DNA of 64,000 nt, the filler included, from Piptocephalis cylindrospora (Eukaryota), in assembly GCA_003614145.1 (NCBI GenBank). It is 5 parts of 5 records of this genome, joined end to end, with 100 filler letters (N's around TTAATTAATTAA, not from the genome) between each part and the next. Parts side by side here need not be neighbours in the genome. Positions count along the whole stretch, not along the records: positions 40,324 to 53,544 come from KZ987945.1; positions 53,645 to 64,000 come from KZ988042.1; 3 more parts are not named here. One strand, written 5' to 3'. This document shows, in pieces, positions 47,205 through 61,083 of this stretch. Within the stretch, counting starts at the first letter, position 1, and each line of letters begins with the position of its first letter. The notes beneath the pieces are model-generated. The model saw only the letters and a list, made by a program, of their open reading frames with translations. It ran no database searches and had not been told where the DNA came from. The position numbers were made by a program, and so were the translations under genes.

Positions 47205-50200
47205 CTAAAGAAGCGTAGCTTGAACCAGGCCGCCAAGAAGGGAGAGGGTCATTCCACTCGTTTTCACATATGGAGTGAGCAAAGGAACCAAGGTAGAGGG
47301 GGATGAGGAAGTAGGGAAAAGATAGTGGGAGAGGGAGAGGAGGATCAAAGAGATTAGGGTGCATCCTAGGACGGCTCGATTCTACACATCATGCAAAATG
47401 GGTGAGTACGTCAACAGATCATCAAGACAACACCACCATCATAGCTTACTTGTGGAGCTTGACGATGATGTCTTGGAGTAGGGATGAACCATACTTGTCC
47501 CAGGAAGGAGATGATCAGAGTGACCAAGGTGCCTGTTGGGATCATCTCGAGAATCTAAATAGGAAAGGAAAAAAAAAGGAACCCTTATAAGAGTTACAGT
47601 AAGGACTCGCGAGGCCCTCCTTCTAAAGACTTACCTGGGAAGACAGAAAGGGCCAAGCCCATGCCATAGCCAGGCCCAAGGTGGATATCCCAAGTAGTCG
47701 ATGGGACCACCGATACTGTCGTAGGATCCGTAGACGAGTGGCCTTGACATGCGGGTTATCCATATCCTGGATACTCAATTGCTTATCAAATAACTCTTCC
47801 AGCCCTAGAACTCCAGAGGGGGCCTCAAATGTCGGGGCCTTGAGAGGTTGGGCCCCGGAGGAGCGAAGATACCGAGGAGGGTCAAAGGATGGGGGCCCAT
47901 CATCATTGTTCCCCTGCCATAAACCACGGACAAAGGTAGATCTGCCCTTGTGGGAGAGCATGCGTGCCGATACAGAATCCTCCTGTCCTGGATAGCTAAA
48001 CGCTGAGGTCTCCTCATCTGTCTCGGTATCGGAATCCAAGGTAGATGGTTGGGTAAACCGATAGGATTGTCGTTTCTTCCGGGGCTTACGCCCCCTTCCA
48101 GGATAGGGTGAAGAGGAAGGAGCTGGAGTGGAGATAGAAGATACACGTCTCCCCCCCCGCTTGATTCCTCCATCCATGGGGATGGGGGGTGGTAGAAGCC
48201 CCATGAGGATTCATGTATTTTGTGGGGGTCTGAGCCGAGAAAGACCTTCCGGCCCCGGGACCATAATCAGGGTAGGTGGGGTCGCCCTGTGCAGAGCCCA
48301 TGGCCGTTCGATCGCCCCGATACCGTAATCCTTTCTCGGATGACCCATTCCTATCTCCAAGGTTCAGGGTGGAAATGAGGGCCTCTGGGGAGGAGGGACG
48401 GGAGGAGAGAGGGATAGAAGATTGGGGATATCCCCTGGATACATCCTTGAACCTAGGTAGCGGTTCCTCAGCTGATCTAGCAAATCCAGAATCCTCCTCT
48501 TGAGATGGACGGGCGGAGGAAGGACCAGGCGGTAGAGCGGTGAAGGAAGGGCTCTATCAGAGAGGGGAGCGGAGGATGAATAAAACAAGATATAAACTTC
48601 AAGGTTATCATCCCACTAGCATGACTTACTCGTTCCATGAAACTAGAGGAGGAAAGGGTAGATCCAAGGGGATTGGTCGAGGAGATTCGAGTAACCTTAA
48701 CATACTTTTTATACCGAACGGCGTGATACGATGTATGCAGGGTGAGGGAGTAGGTCAAAGCCAGAGCAAGTGAGCCGAGCCGGATGAGCAAGGTCGAGGT
48801 CCAGGGGAGGGGACGGTCCATGGAATGAATAAGATAGTGTGTTAAGAGAGAGAGGATGATTCTTTGGATTCCGGCCAACCTTTGCCATCTCTACCAGGGC
48901 GAAGAGGGGATGAATGGGAAGCGTGTGTTTTACTCTTCATTTTAGGAAAAGTAATAACAAAAAGACACCGTCAAGCCAGCCTACCACTTACATAGTATTT
49001 ATCCAAGGACTCGACACGGGAATGGGACCGAATGGTGGCTACAGGATCTAGCCCACCGAGGTAGGAGGAGAGGATGGCCAGGGATACAGGGGAGAGGATC
49101 CAGTAGGCTGCACGGGAATAGGTGGTAAGGAGATGGATCCATTCCAGGGAGGTGGAGAGAGTCATGAGAGCGATGGAGTAGAAAGCCCCGAGGGAATAAT
49201 AGGTCATCTCAAAGAGTGTCCAATCCGTGATGTGAGACCAAGAAAGGGTGGAAAAGGGATTTGTGGTCTTGGGTATCGAAGGTACCTCACCGTAGAGCGC
49301 CACTAAAAGGAGAAGTGGGAAATGAGGGCCCTTTTTCCTGATCATACCCACTCTAGAATACTACCCTGAGCTTACAATATCCAAGCAAGGCGAGTGTCAT
49401 GAAATGGGTGAGGAGTAGAAGGGGAAAGAGGATGGACCAGATAACACGGCCGATGAAGCGAGGCCTCACCCCGGGTACATCGCGACCAGCATCAAAATCC
49501 TTCTTTCTAGCCAAGAGGGTATTGGAGATGACCCGACGGTTGGCCCAGCTAATCCGAGCAGAAACCCGAGGAAGGCACTCTGCACAAGGATAAGGGAATT
49601 GCCGTTCCGTTTCCTCCTTGTACGAGGCCAACGTTCTCTCGTAGAATTCAGCATCCGGGCTCTACGGGGGAAATGGGATGTGAGGAATGGAGGATAAAAG
49701 GAAAGGTGGGCTCGACAGGGCAGGCATCTACCTCTTCCTCTGGGAGATAATTGGCTAGTACTTGAGAGAGCCTAGCGATGTTTCGATTGCAATCGGCACA
49801 CAAAGGAGAATCCGAAGCCATGGAGGGGAGAGAGGAAGGATGATTTTGCTGTGAGAAAGAGGTGGATTTGGCAGCTAGAGAGGGGGGAATCAATGACCGT
49901 TGAGTGGACAAAGAGATGCATTTGATGCCATCTTTCATGATGATACATACCGGAGATAAAAGTCGCATTGAGAGAGGGGTCAAACATGGCGGGATCAGCT
50001 CCTTCTAGGATGTTTCCCTCCTATCGAGGAAAGGAGGGGGAGGAAGGAAGAGGGAAGATGGGGATAAGGTATCGTACCTCATCACGTAGGTTTCGACCCT
50101 CACAGAGCCGGCAGGTCCATGCCGTGGGGGAATCAGCATCGTTGGCAAATCGAGGCAGAAATGAGTCGTGGTTGCAGTAAAAGCAAGTGACACGCGTCCG

Positions 50201-50236
50201 GAAAAAGGACAGAAGGTAGTGCCTGACTTGTGACAT
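47205..50236 (-). CDS. IMA1: Inner nuclear membrane protein Ima1 (Samp1/TMEM201 family), multi-exon
   Basis: CFYCN...WTCRLCEGRN, LCADCNRN...LANYLP, ERQFPYPCAEC Zn-finger motifs; central and C-terminal TMs; last exon ends at TAG 47205. Confidence 0.85.
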
Positions 50237-51148
50237 GATCCAAGGGAGGGGAGGGCAAGCAGGTGAAGTCAAGAGTGCAGCGTCAAGACCCTGTCAAGGA
50301 CAAAGGGTATGTGAGATGGAGTGGTTATACAGCGTGGAGGGGAGTTGAGCAGGTTGGCAAAGAGGAATAGGGTTCCTTTTTGCTCGGGAGGAAAGAGAGA
50401 GGATGGACATCGGAAGGGGTGGACGTCTTGGACGGGGTGAGTTTAGTTCTCTATTTACTACTGTGTCGCTCTGGCAGAACAGGAATGGAAAAGACACTCG
50501 TCGTAGGCGCTGGAGTCAGCCTCTCTGTTGACTACAGTGTGTCTCTGCCCGGGTGCGGGGATGGAGGGAAAAAGGCACAATGTGTCTCAGTGTACAGAAT
50601 GGCGGCTAGTGTGTTTACAAACGATCCAGCCCATATACGCCACCCTTGAGGAGAAATAGTAGGGGATGAATTGACAAAGATGAGGTGAGTGGAGATCATT
50701 CATACTGTTTTTATATATATCCTAGGAACGTAGTGTTTCCAATTGGCAAAGGTCAATAAATGTATGAATCGTGCATATAGGATGTATTTATTTCGATCAT
50801 TTTTCCCATCAGGGAGCGCTGGTTGCAGACCATTATACACACTTGATCGCTGTCCATCTCCATGGTTGATCGGTATCCATCCCTCTGACTCCCGAGCCAT
50901 AACCAGGATCGGACGGCCAAAGCATAGTCAATCAATCCTCATTTCCCTGCTCTATGACCCACTCTCCCCTGCTCATAAGACTGCCCTGAGACCCTGACGC
51001 CTCACACGACGGCTTGATTAAAACACCCTGCCACATCAACTCCGCCAGGGCCACTTTCCTCTCCCACCTTTCTCCCTTCCCTTCCTTTCCCTAATAATAC
51101 TTCTCCCCTACTCGTTAATCATCCCCCTCCTCCTCCTCCACCCTCGCC

Positions 51149-51775
51149 ATGTCCTCTCACCCATCTGGGTTTATCCGAATGCCTAGCCAGGCCTCCTTGG
51201 CACCTTCGCACTTGGAAAAGGCCTTGCCTAGTCTTCCTACCACACCCTTTCCATCGAGGAGAAGGCCAACCACTTTGTCCATGCCCCTGAAAGAGCAATT
51301 AACTGCCTTTTACCGAAAGAACCGTATCCTTGTCCTATGCATCCTGGCCTTCCTTGTCCTTATCATCATTGTCCTCATTTCCCTAGGGGCCTCAGGTAAG
51401 CTGCATAAGCTAGCATCGGATCCATCCTCCTCTTCCTCCGGTGGGGAGGGGAAGCCCACCTCATTGACCGGGTCAGGGGATGGAACTTACTATTCCCCGG
51501 GTCAGGGTCTCGGGTCGTGTGGGGAAACACATCAGGATACAGAGATGGTGGCTGCCCTCAATGCCCCCCAGTACGGCTCGTTCGCCAACCCCAATGCCAG
51601 CCCGGTGTGCGGGGCATGTGTGGTAGTCACTGGACCAAAGGGCACGGTCAAGGTCAAGATTGTCGATCGGTGTCCCGTGTGCAAATCAGGCGACCTGGAT
51701 CTTTCCCCCGCAGCCTTCAATCGTATTGCCGATCCAGCTCAAGGGCGGGTTCGGGTGACGTGGAAGGGATGTTGA
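51149..51775 (+). CDS. Membrane-anchored expansin-like/loosenin (RlpA-like DPBB domain) protein
   Basis: TM ILVLCILAFLVLIIIVLISL then GDGTYY...GSCG...VAALN...CG.CV...VDRCPVC..GDLDLSPAAF..GRV.VTW. Confidence 0.92.
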   Translation: MSSHPSGFIRMPSQASLAPSHLEKALPSLPTTPFPSRRRPTTLSMPLKEQLTAFYRKNRILVLCILAFLVLIIIVLISLGASGKLHKLASDPSSSSSGGEGKPTSLTGSGDGTYYSPGQGLGSCGETHQDTEMVAALNAPQYGSFANPNASPVCGACVVVTGPKGTVKVKIVDRCPVCKSGDLDLSPAAFNRIADPAQGRVRVTWKGC

Positions 51776-52069
51776 GGTGGATGGGTTGTTATTGCCATCG
51801 GGAGCTAACCCTGCTGGGAAAAGGGAGGGCAAACAAGGGGGCTGGACCCCCTCCTCCCCTCCCCTCTCTTTCCCTCCTACCACCACCATTCCATGGATGA
51901 ATCCTCTGACGGGGTAATTAATGAAGTAGGGGCATTGGTCTGGGTCAACTCTTTGCTCCTTCTTTAGGCCATGTTCTAAAACAGGATAGCCACCCAATGT
52001 ATTCACTTTCACTTTCAGTCCTTTGTACCCATCCTCCCATCCCATCCCATCCCATCCCACTCCCCATAC

Positions 52070-53435
52070 TTAAGCAAAGTACTGAAGAGAGGTCTTCTTC
52101 TTGGCCTGAACCTCTTGGATTCCATCCATAAAGTCTTCGTGTCGTAGCTCGGTGGCACCACGACGGAGAGCTAGCATACCGGCCTCGACACAGATGGCCT
52201 TGCACTGGGCGGCGTTGAATTCATCACAGGACCGGGCAAGCTCGTCAAAGTTGACATCAGAGCCAATGGTCATCTTCCGGGAGTGGATTTGGATGATACG
52301 GGCACGAGCATCCTCATTAGGCAGGGGGAATTCGATCTTGCGGTCCAGACGGCCGGATCGGAGGAGGGCGGGGTCGAGAATGTCGATACGGTTGGTGGCG
52401 GCGATGACCTTGATACGGTCATCGCTGGAGAAGCCATCGAGCTGGTTAAGGAGCTCGAGCATGGTCCGCTGGACCTCACGATCTCCGGACTTTTCACTGT
52501 CAAAGCGCTTGGTCCCGATGGCGTCGAGCTCATCGATGAAGATGATGGTGGGGGCCTTTTCCTTGGCGAGGAGGAAGGCATCTCGGACGAGCTTCGCACC
52601 ATCACCAATGAACATCTGGACGAGCTGGGGGCCAGCAAGCTTGAGGTAGGTGGAATTAGTCTGGGCGGCGCAGGCACGAGCCAGAAGGGTCTTTCCGGTA
52701 CCGGGGGGACCGTACATGAGGACGCCCTTGGGGGGCTTGATGCCTAGATTGGCGAAGCGTTCAGCATTGGTCATGGGGAGGACGATGGCCTCGACAAGCT
52801 CCTCGATCTGCTTGTCCAGTCCACCAATGTCATTGTAATCCTCCGTGGGCTTCTCATCCACCTCCATGGCCTTGACACGGGCATCGTACTCGGAGGGCAG
52901 GGATTCGAGGATAAGGAAAGAATCCTTGTGGACACCGATGAGATCACCAGGCTTAATCTTCTCCGGGTCGACGAGGCCAATGAGGGGGAGGAAGACGGTC
53001 TGACGGGTACTAGTGCGGATCACGGCGCACTTTCCCTTCCTGGCCGCATCCTGATCAGTGGCTGCGCCATCCTCCTCCTCTGCCTCGGTTGGGTCCATGT
53101 CCAGGATTTCGACCAGGTTTCCCACCAGGTAGGGAAGCTGTTTATTCAGACGGACCTTTTCCTTGTTGTCCTTGACCTGTTGCTGCATGGTGCCTTGTTC
53201 GTGCAAGAGGCGGTTGTGCTCTGATCTCATGATCTAGGGCAGGATGAGATGTGAGCTGAGCAAGGATGGAAGGGGATGCGATGACAAATACACTCACCTT
53301 GATCTCGTTGTCCAGCATCCGTGCTCGGTTGTTAATGTCCTCCACTGAAGAGTTTTGCACCTCGTCGGCCCAGTTGGCCAGATCGCCCATCTCGGCGTCG
53401 TTCTCCCATAGGGATTTGTCGTCCAGTGTGGCCAT
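52070..53435 (-). CDS. RPT5: 26S proteasome AAA-ATPase Rpt5 (subunit 6A); intron 53297-53234
   Basis: [51 protein letters not shown] segment, C-terminal HbYX-like YFA. Confidence 0.97.
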
Positions 53436-53544
53436 GGTGTGATTGGGGGAGGGAGAGGAGGGAGAGAGCTCAAATGGAGAGATGGGTAGGAAGATGTCAA
53501 GGAGAGAAGGGATGGGAAGAGGGAAGGAAGGAACAATGTTGTGT

Positions 53545-53644
53545 NNNNNNNNNNNNNNNNNNNNNNNNNNNNNNNNNNNNNNNNNNNNTTAATTAATTAA
53601 NNNNNNNNNNNNNNNNNNNNNNNNNNNNNNNNNNNNNNNNNNNN
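53545..53644. other. Artificial contig spacer
   Basis: N44-TTAATTAATTAA-N44. Confidence 0.99.
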
Positions 53645-53774
53645 AAAGGGTCGCTCCGGGGCTGGAGGAGGGGATGGAGGCAAGGGTGGAGGGGACGATG
53701 GGGGAGCCAAAGAGGAGGAGGGGCCAGGAGGAGGATGGGATGAGCCCGGGGGGTGGGATGATGGGTGGGGAGGC

Positions 53775-56700
53775 ATGGGAGAGGGCGTGTATGCTGTGGG
53801 GGACACCAAGGGAGATGATGAGGAACTTGACTGGATTGGCGGTAAGGGCCCTAATCATGGTAATAATGCTGGGGCCGTCACCACTATGGCCGGCGGTAAA
53901 AAGTTGTCAGCCGAGGCCGAGGCCGCCCTTCTCCCTGCAACCCCCCATTTATCTCTCAGTATGGGCTCTTCCTCTGAGGATTACTATCCGGCTGTTGCTG
54001 TCACCGCCCTAATGCGCATCCTCCAGGATCCCTCTCTTTCTGCCTATCACACCCCCGTAATCCAGGCCTACATGTATATCTTCAAGACCCTGGGCATGCG
54101 CTGTGTTCCCTTTCTTCCCGCCATCATGCCCACCTTCCTGGGAGCCATGCGCACTGTACCCGCTGCTATGCTTGAGTTCCACTTCCAGCAATTGGGTATC
54201 CTCGTTGGCATCATCCGACACAATATCCGTAATTATCTGGATGACATTTTTTCCCTAGTCCGGGATTACTGGTCTCCTGGGGCCCCGGCTCTACAAATGA
54301 CCATTCTATCTCTGGTGGAGGCCGTGGCCTTGGTCATGGACGATGAGTTCCGCGTCTACCTTCCCTCTCTCCTCGTCCACATGTTGGCCATGTGTGAAAG
54401 GCCCACAGGGACTTCAGGATCTGCCGGGTCCGTCGGCTCTACGGGAGCTGGTGGAGGCGTAGAGGAGAAGGGTGGGTCCGGCGGCATTTCCGGGACCGGG
54501 GACATGGTTTCTGGGGATCTCTCGGGTACTGATCGGTATTCCGATAAGCTAGGGGGGGGCGATGGGCCCGGAGGCGTCATGGGAGGGGGTGGAAGGTCCA
54601 ATCACCATCATCACCCCACTTTCCACCACCTCCCTCATCGTCACTTCCCGCCGCAGAGTATGGCCACTCGGGTAGCTGCCATCACCAAGGTCCTTCATGC
54701 TTTTGTCGTCTTTGGCACCACTCTCCAAGAATATCTCCATTTGGTAGTTCCAGTCCTGTTGAGGCTAGCAGAACGTGGGGATGGGGCCGGGGGAAGTCTT
54801 ACTGATGGGCTAGATGGGTCCCTGGACATGATGGAAGGTACAGGGGGATCCTTGGGCAAGGATGGAAACGGAAAAAGTGGAAATTCTGGGAAGCCTGGGG
54901 GAGCTGGAAGTGGTGGTGGAGGCGGAGGCGGCGGAGGTGGCTTGGATGATGGGATGGGTGCTTCCGTGGGATCTTCGGCTGGCGCATCGGCAGGCTCCTC
55001 CATGGCTGCTGGCGGGAATCTTGGAACTGGGAATCTAGCCATCCGTCGGGCTGCGATCCTCACCCTGGGTCGCATGACCAGACGTGTCGACTTTTCCGAG
55101 CACGCTGCTCCTGTCGTCCACTCCCTTATGCGGGTCCTGGGCCAAGGAGCCATGGTTCCGGAGTTGCGTGAACCTGTTATGGAAACTCTGGCTCTGCTAG
55201 TCTATCAATTGGGCCCCAAGTATGCCGTCTTCCTCCCTACCACTAGTCGCGAACTCCTCCGTCTCCGTATTTCCCATCCAAAGTACGAATCATTGGTTCG
55301 GCGTCTCGTGACCCGAGAGCCTTTCCCCCCGGCTGCTCAACTCTTTGGGGAAGATCGGGTCGGATCGGGCTTGGGAGCAGGGGCCTCCACGGGAGCAGGC
55401 CTTTCGGCGGATCTGTCCTCAGCCGATACTACAACTGATAAAGGCCCCTCCGCTGGAGATTCTTCGGATACTGGAGTGATGGGACCAGTGCAAAAACTTC
55501 CAGTAGACCAGCCTAGATTGGCTAGGGCCTGGGAGAATGCACAGAGATCCACACGGGAGGATTGGATGGAGTGGATGCGTCGTTTGTCAGTTGAACTACT
55601 CAAGGAATCCCCAAGTCATGCCCTACGTGCTTGCGCCTCCCTGGCAGGGATTTATCCCCCGTTAGCCCGGGAGCTCTTCAATGCTGCCTTTGTCTCCTGC
55701 TGGTCTCAGCTACACCAGGATAATCAACGGAGTCTCATGGAAGCACTGGAGACGGCTCTACGTTCTCCTAATATCCCACCAGAAATCCTCAACATCCTCC
55801 TTAACCTGAATGAGTTTATGGAACAGGATGAAAAATCGCTGCCAGTAGATATCGGCCTCCTCTCCGGATATGCCCTCAAGTGCCATGCATATGCTAAGGC
55901 TCTGCATTACAAGGAGGTGGAATTTTTTTCCGACCCCTCCTCCCCCCAGGTCATCGAATCCCTCATCTCTATCAGCAATCATCTAGGTCAACCTGACGCG
56001 GCCTCCGGTATTCTCGCGTATGCCCAATCTCGTCATGCTCTCCCCTTGGAGGAGTCATGGTATGAGCGATTGCAGCGGTGGGACGAGGCCTTGGTGGCGT
56101 ACGAACGTCGGGAGGCCGAAGACCCAGGAAACTTCCGCTTAACCCTTGGTCGCATGCGATGTCTGCATTCCTTGGGTGAGTGGGCCTCCTTGTCTCGACT
56201 CAGTGAGGAAAAGTGGCCCGGGGCCTCCGAGACGAATAGGAAAGCCATGGCCGCCCTGGCTGCCTCGGCCGCTTGGGGTATGGGTGCCTGGTCCCGTATG
56301 GATGATTATATTGGATGCATGAAGAAAGATTCGGCTGACCGAGGCTTCTTCCGCGCCATCCTTGCTGTCCACAGGCATGACTTTGGCCTGGCACAGCGCT
56401 TGGTCGACAATACACGGGATCTCCTGGATACTGAACTCACTGCCCTCGTGGCTGAAAGCTACAGCCGGGCTTATTCGGTGGTTGTGCGCGTCCAGATGCT
56501 CAGTGAGATCGAGGAGGTGATTCGGTACAAGGTGGCCGCTGCCACCGCTGCCGCTTCCCCTGCCCCGGGAGATGAAGCGGGGATGGCTGCACGGGCCGTA
56601 TGCATGGGAATCCGTAGGACTTGGGCCCGACGTTTACGTGGATGCCAAAGGAACATTGATATATGGCTCCGAATCCTCAAGGTCCGGTCCGCTGTTATTT

Positions 56701-59700
56701 CGCCCATGGAAGATCGGGAGATGTGGATGCGCTTTGCTTCCCTGTGTCGCAAATCCGGACGCATGGCTCTGTCCGAGCGGGCCTTGGACTCCCTGATGGG
56801 GCATGATGGTAAGCGCTTGAGAGAAATATTGGAAAGCGATGCTGTTGCACATGGAGCCAATTCTTACACCTCTCCTTATTTTCACCTTCTTAGGTAATGC
56901 TCTGGTTGGGACCGTTGACTCAGGCTCAAGTGGGAATAAGAAGAATGAATCGGGCAGGGGAGATGGGAATGAGGGATATATTCTTCAAGTTCCTCTTGAA
57001 GAGATGATTGGTGTGTCCACTCATGTGGCCTACGCGATCCTCAAGCACCGGTGGGCCATGGGTATGCAGACTGAGGCATTGGAGGATTTGAAGTCTTTAG
57101 GTAAATATCTTACCGGAACCCTTGGAGATCAAATTCGATGGGAGAGACCGGATGATCCCGGTACCGATAGTCGAGAAGGAGGATGGGCCCAGACCGAGGA
57201 AGATGAAGATGGGATGGCTAGACTTTTTGCCTCTAGGTATGGGCCTGAGATTGGCAATGGAGATGGTGGAGTGGTAACAGGTTCATATCATCCCTTGGAC
57301 TTTGAGGATGAAGGTGGAGAGGGAGGACTCGATAGGTTCACCTCGCGGAGACGTCTACTTTCCCGTGTCTATCTACGGATGGGACGGTGGACGGCTACTG
57401 CTGGTAGTGTTCAAGAAGACGGAATTTTGGAGGAGGCTAATATCCAGGAAGTGAACGAGGACAAAGCAATTGAGCAGGGATCCTTGCACCGGGAGCCTCA
57501 TCCCCAGAGGCATTCCTCTTCCCCTGTCACAGGGTCTTCTCCTCCCACCCCTCCTCCTCCACCTTTTCATGACCCTCACTCCCAGTTGGTTCACCGGGTC
57601 TTGCGAGCCCATCGGCTTGCTACCCTATGGGATCCCATCTCGTACAAGGCTTGGCATGCCTGGTCGCTCTCTAATTTTGAGGCCATTGCCCAATATGAGC
57701 GCCTTCTGGCTGGAGGGGACACGGAGGGCCAGTCCTCCTCCACGGGAGCGCATGGATCCACAACCAACTCCGCCACCAATAGTGCATCTGGGCAGGGCCA
57801 TGCCAATCTGATGAATCTGGTGCGGCCTTTTATTGTCCCAGCCATCGAAGGCTTCTTCCGGTCTCTGGCTTTGTCTGCCCGGGGAGGAAACTCTCTTCAG
57901 GATACTTTGCGGCTCTTGACCCTCTGGTTTAAGTATGGATACCAGGCCGAAGTGAGTGAGGCCATCGTTCAGGGTCTAGGGAGTGTGTCGATTGACACCT
58001 GGCTACAGGTCATTCCTCAGTTGATTGCACGAATTCATGCCCCTTCCGTGACGGTCCGTCGAGGAGTAAATCAGCTACTCTCGGATGTAGGACGACAGCA
58101 CCCTCAGGCCTTGGTTTACTCCCTTACTGTAGCCATGAAATCCCATACCTCCTCCCGTCGGAAGGCGGCACTTTCCATTCTTGATAAACTCAGACTCCTG
58201 TATCCACGAATTGTCGAGCAGGCCTTGATGGTGAGTCACGAGTTGATCCGAGTATCTATCCTATGGATGGAGATTTGGCATGAAGGACTTGAGGAGGCGT
58301 CTCGATACTTTTTTGGGGAGCGAAACCCAGAGGGGATGCTCCTCACCCTGGAACCTCTGCATCGGATGATGCGACGGGAGCCTGAGACCCAACGGGAGGA
58401 AAATTTTGTTCAGACCTTTGGCTCGGACCTCCGGGCGGGCGAGGCCTTATGTCGACGATACCGGGAGGATGGCAATGCCCATCATCTCAACCAAGCCTGG
58501 GATCTTTATTATCAAGTGTTCCGCAAGGTGTTTAAGCAACTCACACAAATGACTACCCTCGATCTGGAATCTGTGTCTCCTCGCCTCGCCAAGGCCCGAG
58601 ATCTAGACATTGCCATTCCCGGCACCTATCGAAGCGAAGAGCCTGTTATTTCCATTCGATCTTTTGCTCCCTCCCTCACAGTCATTTCTTCAAAGCAACG
58701 GCCTCGAAAACTCTCGATTCGTGGGTCAGATGGGAAGGATCATGGGTTCCTCCTTAAGGGTCATGAAGATCTACGACAGGATGAGCGAGTTATGCAACTT
58801 TTTGGCCTAGTCAACACCCTACTCAAGGTGGACCCTGAAACTTTCAAGAGACACCTCGGGATTGCCCGATACTCTGTTGTCCCCCTCTCCATCAACTCGG
58901 GACTCATTGGTTGGGTCCCGCACACTGATACCTTGCATAGCCTAATCAAGGAGTTCCGGGATCATACGGGGACGCCGCTCAATGTGGAACATCGGAACAT
59001 GCTACAGCTTGCCCCTGACTACGATATCTTGACGCTACTACAGAAGATTGAGGTCTTTGAGTCTGTCTTGCACTCTACTCCTGGGGATGACCTGTACAAA
59101 ATTCTTTGGCTGAAGAGCAAGAATTCTGAGGTAAGCGACAAGGGTTTTGTCTTTTCTGGGGATAAGATGCAGTGAGAAATTGGACTCATCCCTCCTCTTT
59201 CTTTAGTCATGGCTGGAGAGAAGGACAAATTACACGCGATCGTTGGCTGTCATGTCCATGGTCGGGTATGTCCTGGGTCTAGGAGATAGACATCCATCGA
59301 ACCTGATGCTGGATCGTCATTCTGGCCGCGTCATCCATATTGACTTTGGAGATTGTTTTGAGGTAAGTTTTCTTCCCAGTAAAAACAAGGAGCTTCTTGT
59401 CCTTTTGCTTCTTCTTCTTGCTCAACCTTATCCTCATGTTCTCTTGCGCAGGTGGCCATACAACGAGAAAAGTTCCCCGAGAAAATTCCATTTAGGCTGA
59501 CGAGGATGCTCGTCAAGGCTATGGAGGTATATTTCATACGGTTGGAGTTACATTCCATTGTACATCCTGCTTACCACTTCTTTTCTCTTTCCTCTCCCTA
59601 GGTGAGTGGTGTGGAAGGAAACTACAGGACCACCTGTGAAAATGTCATGAGGGTACTTCGGGAAAACAAAGAAAGTGTCATGGCAGTTCTGGAGGCCTTT

Positions 59701-60393
59701 GTCCATGATCCTTTGATCAATTGGAAGCTGACTAGAAAGGACAGAGCCACTGCACGCCTACCCGAAGATCAAGGTAAGCTTGCATTTTTTCGGGAGGGGA
59801 GGGGGAAGCAAGAGATGCGGATTTATTCTACATGACGCACCGCTCACGCTGAACTCTTTTTCTGTAGTTAACGAAGGAGTGGATGGTGGAGGGAATGAGA
59901 AGGGGGAGAAGCAAGAGGCTAGGGAGGCAGAGATGATGGATCCAAGGGTCAGTGCAATGGACTTGGATGCTACGGATGAAGAAAGCTCCCGGATAGATGA
60001 AGGGGTGATGGATGAGGCTGACCCGAGACAGGGAGGACGCGAGGTCCTTGAAGGAGACCTGATTGGCGGTGGAGGTGGTGTAGGAGAGGGAGAAGAGGGG
60101 GAGGACGGAGAAGGAGGACCAAATTATCAGCCCGAAGCGAATCAACGGGCCGTACAAGTCATCACCCGTGTTAGTAACAAGTTGACTGGTAAGTTGGTTT
60201 AAAGATCTGATGTAATTTATCATGGATAGCACGAGAGGCTAATTACTCCATCCATCCCTCCCGCTTCTCAGGACGTGATTTTAAGGCAAATGTCACGTTG
60301 GATGTACCAGCCCAGGTGGACAAGTTAATCCTGGAGGCCAGGTCGATTGAGAACCTTTGTCAGTGCTATATTGGTTGGTGTGCGTTTTGGTAG
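53775..60393 (+). CDS. TOR: TOR kinase (5'-truncated): HEAT, FAT, FRB, PIKK and FATC domains; introns about 56809-56893, 59131-59206, 59363-59451, 59527-59601, 59773-59867, 60189-60271
   Basis: [44 protein letters not shown]...[63 protein letters not shown]. Confidence 0.98.
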
Positions 60394-61083
60394 AGCAGTT
60401 TGCTTCTCCTGTCCTTTTGAGTGTCACTGGGGGGAGAAGTCATCTTGCAATGGGAATCAACTAGCGTATTATTTCTACTGAATGGGCGGCATTTGAAGCG
60501 CATTTAATATTTTGTTGTCAATACAATAGTAGAGAAGACATTATGGAAAGCAAGGAGGGGGGATAAGACCAGGGGAGAGACATAGGAGAGTTAAATGAGA
60601 AGTTGTAGGACTATGCTAGACTTGGCGTGCGCACTATGGAGAGAGAGGAGGGGGAGAAGAGGTCGGGTGAAAGAAAACGGGATGATAGATAAGGGCCCGT
60701 ATGAGGAGGGGGGATTTGGTGAGTTTAAGGAAAAGGCGGCGATAGTGACAAGGGGGTGATGAGCTGATACAATGACGGAAGAGGGGAGAGTGTGGGACAC
60801 GAGGGGGAAAGATGGTCGCGTCAACTCCTCCATTGCACAGTCTATGTGACAATAAAGGTCCAAGTCACCCACAGTCCTCCGCTTCCTCCCCCCACTCCTT
60901 GATCAGAGCTGGGCTATACGCGTTCTATTGATTCATCATCATCCCTATAAAGCAAGCACATCATCAATTACAGCTCGCACATCCCCCTGCGCAGATCCGT
61001 TCCTCTTTCTTCCCTTGCACTTGCCTGTTTGCATTAAATTAACCCAGAGAAACACATACGTTCCCCCACGTGCACTTATCAAA

